64,000 nt of DNA from Bacillota bacterium (GTDB lineage Bacteria; Bacillota; Sulfobacillia; JAMCWA01): NCBI GenBank assembly GCA_023475165.1, contig JAMCWA010000088.1, positions 2,298 through 66,297 on the forward strand, in the 5' to 3' direction. Made by a program: the position numbers and the translations under genes. Each line of letters opens with the position of its first letter. Positions within the stretch are counted from its first letter, which is position 1. Positions 44,164 through 53,755 of this stretch are shown one piece after another. Under the pieces are notes generated by a model, which did no database searches, was not told the DNA's origin, and saw nothing but the letters and a program-made list of their open reading frames with translations.

Positions 44164-45765
44164 ATGCGGCGGTGGAACGGTTGGGGGGACGAGGGGTTTA
44201 ACTATCCTCTGGCACCGAGAGCCCTGGCGTTTCTGGAGGGAAGACTGGGGCCGGGCTTGACGGCCCAGGATGCTTCTCTCGCCGACATTCTCGCCCGAGT
44301 GCCTCCTTCTCGTCTGCCGCCTCATCCCTTGGTGGTGATTGAACCTGGGGAAAGGGCGGTGCATGCCCGGGGGCAAAGTCTGCCTGATTGGATTGCCTTG
44401 CGTTTTGGCACCGTCAGCCATTTCCCCGACGGGGTGGCCTTTCCCCAAAGCGATGACGAAATCAGGGAAATCCTCGCCTATGCCCAGCGGTATGGTATCC
44501 GTCTCATACCTTACGGCGGCGGCACCAGCGTGGCCGGACACATCAATGTTCAAAGTGATGAATATCCTGTCTTGACGGTTGATCTGCGTCGGATGAACCG
44601 ACTCCTGGATCTGGACGAAGAGAGCCACTTGGCCACCTTCGAGGCGGGGATACAGGGCCCCGATGTGGAAGCGGCCCTGCGCGCCCGCGGCTATACCCTT
44701 GGGCATTACCCCCAGTCTTTCGCGCCCCCGGACCTTGGAGGATGGGTTTGCACCCGTTCTAGCGGCCAACAGTCCCTGGGTTATGGAAAGATCGAGCGGC
44801 TCTTTGCGGGTGGACGCCTGGAGACACCGGAAGGGACTCTCATTTTGCCGGTTTTTCCGGCTAGCGCTGCCGGGCCAGATTTGAGGGAGCTGGTCCTGGG
44901 TTCCGAGGGGCGCTTTGGCTTCTTGACCAAGGCAACGGTTCGGGTCCGCTGGGTCCCGGAAAAAGAAGACTTTCTGGCCATCTTCTTCCCCGATTTTTCC
45001 AGCGGAACTAAAGCGGTCAAGGATCTGGTGCTCCGCCGTCTTCCCTTGACCATGCTGCGCTTGAGCGATGCTGCGGAAACGGAGACCCTCCTGACCCTGG
45101 CCGGTCAGGAGGGCCTGGTCAACCTCCTCGAAAGGTACCTGGGGCTGCGCGGCGCCAGCAAGGGAAAATGCCTCCTCCTTTATGGTCTGGCGGGATCGCG
45201 CCGGGAGATCTCGTGCGCCGTTGGTGAGGTGAACGACACAACTGGCAGGTTGGGCGGGGTGCCGGTAGGGCGTCCGCTCGGACGGCAATGGCTCAAGACG
45301 CGCTTCAAAACCCCCTACTTGAGGAACACCCTGTGGCGAAACGGGTACGCGGTGGACACCCTGGAGACCGCGATCCCGTGGGGTAAGGTCACCGGGCTGG
45401 TTCAAGAAATCGAGGAGGCGCTCCAGGGTGGTCTGGCTCAGGTCAACGAACGGGTCCACGTTTTCTCCCACCTGTCCCACGTCTACCCAGACGGATCAAG
45501 TATTTATACGACCTACTTTTATCGCCTGACCAAAGATCCGGAGGAAAACCTCCGGCGCTGGGGATGGCTGAAAGGTCTGGCCAGCCGAACTATCGTGGCT
45601 TGGGGTGGGACCATTAGCCACCATCATGGTGTCGGGGAAGATCACCGGTCCTACCTTCCGGCCGAAAAGGGCCGGTTGGGTATGAGATTGATCGAGGAAG
45701 TTGGGCGGGTATTGGATCCCTTCGGGTTGATGAACCCAGGGAAGCTTTTCGTATCAGAGAAATGA
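44164..45765 (+). CDS. FAD-linked oxidase, alkyl-dihydroxyacetone-phosphate synthase (AGPS)-like
   Basis: N-terminal RWNGWGDEGF motif. PCMH FAD domain YGGGTSVAGH. C-terminal ISHHHGVGEDH...LDPFGLMNPGK. ATG 44164 after GGGGGAAG (the ORF track begins at upstream GTG 44149). Confidence 0.75.
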   Translation: MRRWNGWGDEGFNYPLAPRALAFLEGRLGPGLTAQDASLADILARVPPSRLPPHPLVVIEPGERAVHARGQSLPDWIALRFGTVSHFPDGVAFPQSDDEIREILAYAQRYGIRLIPYGGGTSVAGHINVQSDEYPVLTVDLRRMNRLLDLDEESHLATFEAGIQGPDVEAALRARGYTLGHYPQSFAPPDLGGWVCTRSSGQQSLGYGKIERLFAGGRLETPEGTLILPVFPASAAGPDLRELVLGSEGRFGFLTKATVRVRWVPEKEDFLAIFFPDFSSGTKAVKDLVLRRLPLTMLRLSDAAETETLLTLAGQEGLVNLLERYLGLRGASKGKCLLLYGLAGSRREISCAVGEVNDTTGRLGGVPVGRPLGRQWLKTRFKTPYLRNTLWRNGYAVDTLETAIPWGKVTGLVQEIEEALQGGLAQVNERVHVFSHLSHVYPDGSSIYTTYFYRLTKDPEENLRRWGWLKGLASRTIVAWGGTISHHHGVGEDHRSYLPAEKGRLGMRLIEEVGRVLDPFGLMNPGKLFVSEK

Positions 45766-45802
45766 TCCCGCATCAAGTATCTGATTTGGGAGGGCTTGCC
45801 CG

Positions 45803-47323
45803 TTGAGTGGACCGGACTGGCGCCAGGAGAGCTGGAAGAGGATCGGAGGCCCCTGGGACCTGGTGATCGTTGGGGGTGGGGTCACCGGAGCCGGCCTATT
45901 CCGGCTGGCTGTGGGGCTGGGGCTCCGGGTTTTGCTCTTGGAGCAGAAGGATTTTGCCTGGGGTGCCTCCAGCCGTTCCGGGAAGCTGATTCACGGCGGC
46001 CTTCGCTATCTCCGGCAGGGCCAGGTGAAGGTCACCCTAGATGCCATCCGGGGGCGCGAAAGACTTCTGAAAGAAGCCCCCAGTTTGGTGCACCCTCTTG
46101 GCTTCTTGCTACCAGTGTATAATCGGTGGGAGAGGTTCATTTACGGCACGGGCTTGTGGCTCTATGACCTTTTGGCCGGCCGGAAGACCCGTCGCTATTA
46201 TGGGAAAGAAGACTTGTTGCTGCTGGCGCCACGCGTGGCTCCGGAGAGACTCCGCGGGGGTTACCGCTATGAGGATGCCCAAACCGATGATGCGCGCCTG
46301 GTTTTACGCTTGATTTTAGAAGGAATTGCCGCTGGGGGTACTGCCCTCAGCTATGCCCAGGTGGTAGGGGTGCTGAAGGCCAGGGATGGACGGTTGGCCG
46401 GGGTCGCCGTACATTGTGGCGAGACGGGCGCCACGGCCGAAGCCCGGGCCAGGGTGGTCATAAACGCCGGTGGGGTCTGGTCTGACCGGCTCCGGAGGGA
46501 GGTGGGCGGACGACCTGTTCTCCGACCCTTACGGGGCAGCCACCTCCTCTTCCCGTTCTGGCGCTTTCCCCTGGCTCAGGCCATCGGTTTTCCCCATCCC
46601 CTCGACGGAAGGTCGCTATACGTCTTTCCGTGGCAGGGAGCGACCCTGTTGGGGACGACGGACGTGGATCACGGTGAGACCATCGATTCGGAACCAGTCA
46701 TTAGTGTCGATGAGATGGATTACCTGTTGACCGCCGTGCAGGCGCGCTTTCCGGCACTAGGGCTCGGGAGGTCGGACGTCCTGGCCACCTTTGCCGGGAT
46801 CAGGCCGGTGGTGAGATCAGGGCGGCGTGATCCCTCTTGTGAGTCGCGCGACCTGGTGGTTCTGAAGGAGTCTGGACTGATTTCCGTCACCGGCGGCAAG
46901 CTGACCACCTTCCAGCACCTGGCCGTAAAGGCCCTGCAGGCGGCCTCAACTGAGCTAGGATTGCGGACGGCGGGGTGGAGCAAAAGACCGATTTTCTCCA
47001 GCTCAGCGCCCCCTCCAGAGATCCCACTGGCTGAGTCTGAGGCTGGCCAGCTGGAGGCGATTCCGGGCACTCCCTATCTTTGGGCGGAACTTAGACATGC
47101 CGCCCGCCATGGGCTGGTGGTACACCTGGATGACCTTTTGCTGCGTCGGGTTCGTCTCGGCCTTTTGCTTCCTGACGGCGGCAGGAGCCATTTGGCGCGT
47201 ATCAAATCGCTGGTAATACCGGAACTTGGGTGGAATGACCAGCGCTGGGAAAGGGAGGTCGAACGATTCCAGCGGATCTGGGAAGGGGCGTATGCCCCCA
47301 GCAAGTATAGCCAGGCCGGTTGA
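45803..47323 (+). CDS. FAD-dependent glycerol-3-phosphate dehydrogenase (GlpA/GlpD-like)
   Basis: DLVIVGGGVTGAGLF...SSRSGKLIHGGLRYL dinucleotide-binding and G3P-oxidase family motifs. TTG start. Confidence 0.75.
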   Translation: MSGPDWRQESWKRIGGPWDLVIVGGGVTGAGLFRLAVGLGLRVLLLEQKDFAWGASSRSGKLIHGGLRYLRQGQVKVTLDAIRGRERLLKEAPSLVHPLGFLLPVYNRWERFIYGTGLWLYDLLAGRKTRRYYGKEDLLLLAPRVAPERLRGGYRYEDAQTDDARLVLRLILEGIAAGGTALSYAQVVGVLKARDGRLAGVAVHCGETGATAEARARVVINAGGVWSDRLRREVGGRPVLRPLRGSHLLFPFWRFPLAQAIGFPHPLDGRSLYVFPWQGATLLGTTDVDHGETIDSEPVISVDEMDYLLTAVQARFPALGLGRSDVLATFAGIRPVVRSGRRDPSCESRDLVVLKESGLISVTGGKLTTFQHLAVKALQAASTELGLRTAGWSKRPIFSSSAPPPEIPLAESEAGQLEAIPGTPYLWAELRHAARHGLVVHLDDLLLRRVRLGLLLPDGGRSHLARIKSLVIPELGWNDQRWEREVERFQRIWEGAYAPSKYSQAG

Positions 47324-47362
47324 AGAAAACTTCGGGCTGTTTTGGAGGGAGGGGCGAAGGTT

Positions 47363-48547
47363 TTGACCGATTTTGCGGAGTTCTTTCTTCCCACCCGGAT
47401 CAGGGTGGGGGCAGACGTGGCCAAGGACCTGGAGGGGCTTTTTGCCGAAAGGGGTGTGCGCCAGCTCCTGGTCATCAGTGATCGCGGCGTGGAAAAAGCG
47501 GGGATCCTCCGGATCGTCCTGGCGGATCTCGGCGGCCAAATAGAAATCCTTGCCCCCTTTCTGGATGTTCCGGCCGATTCCGATATTGACCTCATCGACC
47601 GCCTGGCGGCCGACCTCAGGGCAAGAGAAGCGGGAGGACAATCCATTGGACTCCTGGCCGTCGGCGGGGGAAGTGTCATCGATACGGCCAAAGGGGTGAA
47701 TCTGGTCCGCACTCTGGGCGGCAGTATCCGGGACTACCAGGGTTACGGAGTTATCGATCGACCTCTGGGGCCGTTCATCGCCATCCCCACGACAGCGGGG
47801 ACCGGGAGTGAAGTGACCCCCTTTGCGGTGGTCAAGGATGGGCGGGAGAAGACCAAGATTACCTTTGTCAGTCCTTACCTGGCTCCGCAGGTGGCCCTCC
47901 TCATACCACCGCTGACCTACTCACTGCCGCTCAGCCTGACGGTAGAGACGGCGATGGATGCTCTGACCCATGCCATCGAAGCCTATCTTTCCAATGATCA
48001 CAATGCCTTTGCCGATGCCCTGGCCGTTGGAGCAATGAAAATGATTGCTTCGGAACTACCTGTCCTGGTCGGCCTCCTAAAAGCCGGCAACGAAGAAGGA
48101 GTGAAGTCGGCCCGCACAAAACTCCTTGTGGCCAGCACTATGGCTGGGATGGCGTTTAGCAGTGCTCTAGTGGGGTGTGTCCATGCCCTTGCGCACGCCC
48201 TGGGTGGACTGTACGGGGTTCCCCACGGCTTGGCCAACGGGGTCCTTCTGGCACCGGGCTTGCGCTTCAATCTGCGGGCGGCTACCCAGCGTTTGGCCGA
48301 AGTTGGAGAGGCATTGGGAGCGGACCGAGCCGGGGATTCAATAGACAGCAAGGCCCTGGCAGCCATCGAATTCATTGAAGACCTCTCTGGTCGGCTCGGC
48401 TTGCCGCGCCGGTTGCGCGATTTGGGCATCCCCAGGGAAAGCCTGGGTGAAATCGCCCAGGCCGCTGTTCAAGATGGGGCAATGTTCACCAACCCACGCC
48501 AGGCGGAAGCAGAAGAGATTCAGGCCATGCTGGAAGAGATCTACTAG
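47363..48547 (+). CDS. Iron-containing (group III) alcohol dehydrogenase
   Basis: GGGSVIDTAK and metal-binding His-rich blocks (HAIEAYLS, HALAHALGG). Start set to TTG 47363 after GGAGGGAGGGG (the track gives 47342). Confidence 0.75.
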   Translation: MTDFAEFFLPTRIRVGADVAKDLEGLFAERGVRQLLVISDRGVEKAGILRIVLADLGGQIEILAPFLDVPADSDIDLIDRLAADLRAREAGGQSIGLLAVGGGSVIDTAKGVNLVRTLGGSIRDYQGYGVIDRPLGPFIAIPTTAGTGSEVTPFAVVKDGREKTKITFVSPYLAPQVALLIPPLTYSLPLSLTVETAMDALTHAIEAYLSNDHNAFADALAVGAMKMIASELPVLVGLLKAGNEEGVKSARTKLLVASTMAGMAFSSALVGCVHALAHALGGLYGVPHGLANGVLLAPGLRFNLRAATQRLAEVGEALGADRAGDSIDSKALAAIEFIEDLSGRLGLPRRLRDLGIPRESLGEIAQAAVQDGAMFTNPRQAEAEEIQAMLEEIY

Positions 48548-49001
48548 GTGCGGTGCGTTTGTTGTCGCTGCGGCCATAGCCGCAGGAATCATGGGGTCTC
48601 GCTAACCTTGCCGTCCTGGGGATAAACGCAGCGCACCGTGGCTTCTTCTTTAGCTGGTTCTGTTTGCTTCCTCCTGAAATTTCGGTATTTTAGTCCCTCC
48701 AGCGGCACCGCCAGGGAAGAAACAAGAGCGGTGTTGCTAGCGCATTTTGCTTCGGGACGAGAGTCGTTTCCGGAAAAGACCTTGATTATTCTGCCAAGTG
48801 GCGGGGTCAAGAGCAAGCCCCTGCGCCTGGCGAGGACGGAGGTCCTGATGGTTTACGGCGATGCTGCAAGCCGACGCCGTTGCCGGCCCCGCGTCAGGAA
48901 AATGTCTGAATTTCTTAAGGCAGTCGTCTCGGCCGTACCCCGGGACAAACTGACTGACAAATGGGGTGAACCGGTGGACAAAAAGGAGGAGGGGTGAAAC
49001 C

Positions 49002-49430
49002 ATGGGCGTCTTTCGCGATGCCGAGGAGCTTTATCGCTGCATCGGCGGTCTTTTCGACAAGGCCACCACCGACGATGGAATGGGGAGGAAAGTAGGGGAA
49101 TCCAATATCATCATCCGTTTTGAGTACGCTGACCCCGAGGCGATTCTCACCATCGATGCCAAGTCTGCTGCCCCAGTAGGTAAGTTCTTCCGAACAATTC
49201 GCGGCGAGAACGATTTGAAACCAGACGTCCGCATGACGATGAAAGCCGATGTCGCTCACCAGTTCTGGCTGGGAAAGATCAACCTCACGGCTGCCCTGAG
49301 CCGGAAACAAATTATTGCCTACGGCCCCCTCACCGTGATCATGAAGCTCTTGCCGGTGATTAAACCTGCCTACAAGCTGTACCATGATCACTTGCGGGAG
49401 CTGGGGCGGGACGATCTGTTGGAGGTATGA
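49002..49430 (+). CDS. SCP2 (sterol/lipid carrier) domain protein
   Basis: ATG 49002 after AAAAGGAGGAGGGG. MGVFRDAEELYRCIGGLFDKA...FWLGKINLTAALSRKQIIAYGPL matches the SCP-2 fold family. Confidence 0.65.
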   Translation: MGVFRDAEELYRCIGGLFDKATTDDGMGRKVGESNIIIRFEYADPEAILTIDAKSAAPVGKFFRTIRGENDLKPDVRMTMKADVAHQFWLGKINLTAALSRKQIIAYGPLTVIMKLLPVIKPAYKLYHDHLRELGRDDLLEV

Positions 49431-49751
49431 CGCCGGTCCACCGGGAGGCATCGCTGATTGTTTTGTTCATCATTCAAGGCGGTTATCCGTGGGGAATGGC
49501 TCCCTACGCAGTGGGAAACTGGGAAAAGGCAGGGGAAGGCAAATTGCAGCGCCGCCAGAGCGCGTTTTGCAGCCGCCCCGAGTTGAGATCACGCCAAATC
49601 CTCCTTCCCAACTTAACGTACCCCCGGCATTTGGGCGCAGGAGTGGCCGGGGCAGATCTAAAACCTTCTTGCCAATTGACGGCAGTCCCGCTCCCAGCCA
49701 GCGGTGCTGAGACGATGCCGGGACCGCATATTTTGAGGAGGCTTTCACCAC

Positions 49752-52154
49752 ATGGGAGGCAGTTATGCCGGTCACATCCTTTATGTTAATCTGACCACGC
49801 AGGAGATCTGGGCTAGACAATTTCCTGACCCGGTTCTTCGCCGGTATATAGGCGGCAGCGCCCTGGCGCTGTACTTGATGCGAGATTGGCTGGGCGAGCG
49901 CCTGTATACCCTCGCTCCAGAGGATCCGGATAACCCTCTGGTCTTCATGACCGGGCCTCTAACCGGGACACCCCTTCCCTCAACGGCGCGGATGACGGTG
50001 AGCGCCATCTCCCCCCTGACGGGCATCTGGGGAGAGTCCAATGCCGGTGGCTTCCTGGGGGCAGAGCTGAAGATGGTCGGATATGATGGTATCTTCATCA
50101 CCGGAGCTTCTTCCGAACCGGTGGTCCTCGTTGTAGAGGACGCTCCGACCGGCGTTCGGCTGGAGGCAGCGCCCCAACTCTGGGGGAAGGACACTTATGA
50201 GGCTTACCAGATTCTGAAACGGTGGCCGCCTTTACCAGCCGGGTCTTCGTCCCAGTTAAGGATGGTCGGTCAGGAGCCCGTCGAAAGGGCGACGAGCAGT
50301 CGACGGGGGGCTCCTGACCCAGAGTCGAGCGGGAAAAGCCCCCGGCGAACAGTTGAAGAAAGTACGAAGGCGACGGATTTGATGAATGCGGAGGTTCGGC
50401 GTGGTGGCCTGATCCCGGCCCAGGTGGCGGTCATTGGGCCGGCAGGCGAAAACGGCGTGCGGTATGCGTCCATCGTTCACAACCAGCGGCACGTCTTTGG
50501 TCGCACCGGCATGGGTACGGTGATGGGGTATAAAAGGCTCAAGGCCCTGGTGGTCAGGGCGCAGGAGAAGGGGCGGAATCAGCCTTGGAAAAAGTTCTGG
50601 TATGGTGAAATGGCGGAGAAAAAGGGGCAGGAGGGGATGGCCGAGCGCTCATCCGATCTCCTCGCGGATGCCCAGCCTGGGCCGGCGAAACAGCCCACGC
50701 GTGGGGCAATGGCGAGGAAGGAAGTCGCGGAGCTCCGGGCGCGCCTTTTGGAAAAATCTCGCCACCACGTGGCCATAGAGATGTTAAACACTTTTGGCAC
50801 CAATGGTTCCCTGGAATTGGGTTATTTCAACGGGGATGTGCCCATCAAGTATTGGCGGCAGGGGGAGTGGGCCGAGGGTAATATCGAGACTCTTGGAGGA
50901 AGCGCCTATAATGAAAAGATCCTGGCCGGCAAGACCTCCTGCTACGCCTGCCCGGTGGCCTGTAAACGGGAACTGGCCGGGCGGAAGCCCGGTCCCGAAT
51001 ACGAGGCTGTGGCCGGTTTTGGGCCGCTGCTTTTGAACCGGGATCTGGAAAAGGTGGCCCAAGCCAATGAGCTCTGTAACCGCCTTGGCCTTGATGTTAT
51101 CTCCACTTCCTCCACCATTGCCCTGGCCCTGGCGGCTGCCGAGAGGGGTCTCTGGCCTGCCGCGGAAGAGGTAGCCCTTTTTCCGCAACGCGGTGCGGTC
51201 AAACTGGAGGTTACCGGACCCAATGGCCCCTCCAGCGAAGCGGGCGGCCCGCCCCCGAAAGGTGACAGCCCGCAGGTCTGGGGTGATCCGGAGGTACTCC
51301 TCCGCCTGATCGAGGATATCGCCCAGCGGAGAAGGGCCGGGAGTATCCTGGCCCTTGGGGCGCGGGGGGTATTGGAACACCTGGCCGGCTTGCCAGAAGT
51401 CCAGCGGCGCAACGCTACTCCCGCATCGATTGCACCGGATGTGTCCGACCGCGCCGGGAGCGCCCTCTCCTCTCACCAGCCTGGAACTGCTTTTTTGGTG
51501 GTCCGCCAGCGGGCCGATCTGGAGAGCCTTGACTGCACAGTCAAAGGCCTGGAAGCTCCCTATCACGACCCACGGGCCTACCACGGCCTAGGCTTGGATT
51601 ACGCCACCGGCCCTCGCGGGGCTTGCCACGTTTCCAGCCTGACCTTAAACATTGAGCTCGGGGCCAGCAGCTTCCCAGGACTGGGGCTCATGGCGGGGGA
51701 CCTGCCGGCCCAGAGTGGCGAGGGAAAAGCCGCCCTGGTCAAGAAGGCCCAGGACCTGGGGACCATCTTCTTGGGGGCGGCCATGTTCTGCGCCTTGGGG
51801 GGTATCCCCTTTGATGAAGAGGATTTGGTTTCCGCCCTCCGCCTGGCCACCGGTTTTGATTACGACCTGGCTGAACTGATGTCCAGTGGCGAAAGGGTCT
51901 GGATGGAAAAGAGGCTTCTCAACCTGCGGCGTGGTTTGACCCAGGCCGATGACCATCTCCCCCGCGTCCACAGCCGGCCCCTGGAGAGCGGCCCGGCCGC
52001 TGGCTCTCTGCCGGACATGAGCCTCTTGCTGGAGGAGTACTATCGGCGGCGCGGTCTGGACCCGGCGACGGGCTGGCCCACCCCGGCCAAGCTGAAGGAA
52101 CTGGGGCTCCTGGATAGCGAGGCACAGCCTTTAACAGTTCCAAGAACTCTCTGA
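49752..52154 (+). CDS. Tungsten-type aldehyde:ferredoxin oxidoreductase (AOR family), 800 aa with large low-complexity insertions
   Basis: AOR N-terminal domain (ILYVNLTTQEIW...GGSALALYLM), GWGxxNAGGFLG, C-terminal domain 2/3. ~200 extra residues rich in R/E/K/G around aa 160-380. RBS GAGGAGG. Confidence 0.8.
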   Translation: MGGSYAGHILYVNLTTQEIWARQFPDPVLRRYIGGSALALYLMRDWLGERLYTLAPEDPDNPLVFMTGPLTGTPLPSTARMTVSAISPLTGIWGESNAGGFLGAELKMVGYDGIFITGASSEPVVLVVEDAPTGVRLEAAPQLWGKDTYEAYQILKRWPPLPAGSSSQLRMVGQEPVERATSSRRGAPDPESSGKSPRRTVEESTKATDLMNAEVRRGGLIPAQVAVIGPAGENGVRYASIVHNQRHVFGRTGMGTVMGYKRLKALVVRAQEKGRNQPWKKFWYGEMAEKKGQEGMAERSSDLLADAQPGPAKQPTRGAMARKEVAELRARLLEKSRHHVAIEMLNTFGTNGSLELGYFNGDVPIKYWRQGEWAEGNIETLGGSAYNEKILAGKTSCYACPVACKRELAGRKPGPEYEAVAGFGPLLLNRDLEKVAQANELCNRLGLDVISTSSTIALALAAAERGLWPAAEEVALFPQRGAVKLEVTGPNGPSSEAGGPPPKGDSPQVWGDPEVLLRLIEDIAQRRRAGSILALGARGVLEHLAGLPEVQRRNATPASIAPDVSDRAGSALSSHQPGTAFLVVRQRADLESLDCTVKGLEAPYHDPRAYHGLGLDYATGPRGACHVSSLTLNIELGASSFPGLGLMAGDLPAQSGEGKAALVKKAQDLGTIFLGAAMFCALGGIPFDEEDLVSALRLATGFDYDLAELMSSGERVWMEKRLLNLRRGLTQADDHLPRVHSRPLESGPAAGSLPDMSLLLEEYYRRRGLDPATGWPTPAKLKELGLLDSEAQPLTVPRTL

Positions 52155-52334
52155 GGAGAAGGCCAGGATATGTCCCTTCCACGACGGGCGATTGCTGGGC
52201 GTACTCGCTGGCCTCTCGTCCTATCACCCTACGCAGAACTCCCCGGGAGGAGCTCGAGAATTAGGAGAGGGCTAAGAAGCCGTGGTTTCGCGAGCTTGGT
52301 AGAAGTCGGCCCGATAACCCGTGCCAGTTCTTTC

Positions 52335-53534
52335 TTAACCTCGCCTTGTGCAGTTCTGGAGGAGGTTCCGGGGTAACCACCTACCCAGGGAATAGACCAA
52401 CAGCACTCCTGGGAAAAAGATGAACCACGTTCTTAGTATCCCGATTGAATCAGGCGGGAAAACGAGGGAAGAAGTCAACAGGGCAGTGGTCACCAAGGTC
52501 ATCCAGCTGGTGGTTATTGCCAACCTTTGCCGGGATCTGCGGATCGACCAAGAAAGGCAACCACTAGCGGCCCCACCAAGGAAGGCGATGGCCAGGATGA
52601 ACCAGGGGCGGGTAGATCGCTGCCACCAGAGCGATGATAGAGACCAACTTGGACCCACCCCCGGGGCCAAAAAGATACTGAGATTCCCTTCCGGAAGTCC
52701 AGAAAATGTACCCGTATATCGGCCATATCCGTTGGGAGTCAGTGGTAATGAACTGCGAACCGGACGGCCAAAGGGGGCAAGGACCTCTATAGTTAGTTCG
52801 CCGAAGTCGGCCCAGTAACGAGCCGGTTGGAGCAAGTAGTCGATGCGTCGAGATGGCCTGGCGAAGCGAGCATAATCCAGGCTTGGATATTGGTTGTATT
52901 CAACAAGAAGACTCCGCTCCTGATGGGCCTCAAATGGAACTTGAAAAATGAAAAAGTCGGGAACAGGCCGTCTCCTCCATTCCGTAGGCAGGTACGCTTC
53001 GCCTGTATAAGGGTCAAGCCATTCCTTTTGCAGAAACATCACGTCATTGTCCAATGTCGGCGGCGGTGCGGCCAGAGCCGTCTCTTCTGATCTGTCGTCT
53101 ACCCAAACTTGAGGCTGTATTCCTTCATAAGCTGGCACGCCATCATGTTGGGGAATCGGGAAGGCCACCGTAACGGTGATGCCGGAACTACTTAGGTTTC
53201 TCAGACGGTAATGGGCTCTAATGTGAGCGACAGGGCCGCGTAAGTCAAGGAACAAGTCTTCTCTCACAACTGCCACGGGTGTCTGGGCATCCGGACCCAA
53301 AGCCCCACCGACCGGGTGAGTAAGCAAAGAGGACCAAGGGAGGCCATTGGCGTCGGTTCTCTCTGGGAACTCCATAACGCCAAGGACTAAGATGATGAGT
53401 AAATACAATATTCTGGTGCCCGCCTTAAACATTCCACTTGTCTTTGAGGTGGAACCGTTCATCGTTTTTGTTTTGGCCCCTTTACCAAAAATCACCATTG
53501 AGGACGCGATACTTCTAAGAGATTTTGTCGACAT
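52335..53534 (-). CDS. Hypothetical membrane-anchored secreted protein
   Basis: RBS AAAGGAG before ATG 53534. N-terminal signal anchor ILYLLIILVLGV. C-terminal TM helices. No recognizable catalytic motif. Confidence 0.45.
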   Translation of the reverse strand: MSTKSLRSIASSMVIFGKGAKTKTMNGSTSKTSGMFKAGTRILYLLIILVLGVMEFPERTDANGLPWSSLLTHPVGGALGPDAQTPVAVVREDLFLDLRGPVAHIRAHYRLRNLSSSGITVTVAFPIPQHDGVPAYEGIQPQVWVDDRSEETALAAPPPTLDNDVMFLQKEWLDPYTGEAYLPTEWRRRPVPDFFIFQVPFEAHQERSLLVEYNQYPSLDYARFARPSRRIDYLLQPARYWADFGELTIEVLAPFGRPVRSSLPLTPNGYGRYTGTFSGLPEGNLSIFLAPGVGPSWSLSSLWWQRSTRPWFILAIAFLGGAASGCLSWSIRRSRQRLAITTSWMTLVTTALLTSSLVFPPDSIGILRTWFIFFPGVLLVYSLGRWLPRNLLQNCTRRG

Positions 53535-53755
53535 CTCTAGAGCTCCTTTCGAGGAAGCGATGAAGTACCGGTGGAATGGCTCGGGCCCCCAGGAAGGACT
53601 CCCTCTCGAAACTTGACCCCAGGACAGTTACAAGTTTGCCAAGCGAAATAAGGCAGGCGACCCCCTTCTTTCCGGAAGCCGCCAGCCGTAGAACTGTCTT
53701 CCCGCTAACCATCACATTGTATCAGAGATTGTTCATGGTTGCCAGGGCCGTTAAC

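Noticed and set aside
43948-45480. 510-aa minus-strand ORF
   Set aside because: Entirely antisense to the well-supported AGPS-like FAD oxidase. Low-complexity R/G/P-rich translation typical of high-GC antisense frames. No RBS.
47003-47712. Two overlapping 212-aa minus-strand ORFs
   Set aside because: Antisense to the 3' end of the G3P dehydrogenase gene and the start of the Fe-ADH gene. No motifs.
50784-51584. 266-aa minus-strand ORF inside the AOR gene
   Set aside because: Antisense to a conserved AOR domain. No start context. GC-driven open frame.
51599-51850. Two identical 83-aa minus-strand ORFs (also at 57465-57716)
   Set aside because: Artifacts of the 519-bp AOR duplication. Both are antisense to the AOR coding sequence.
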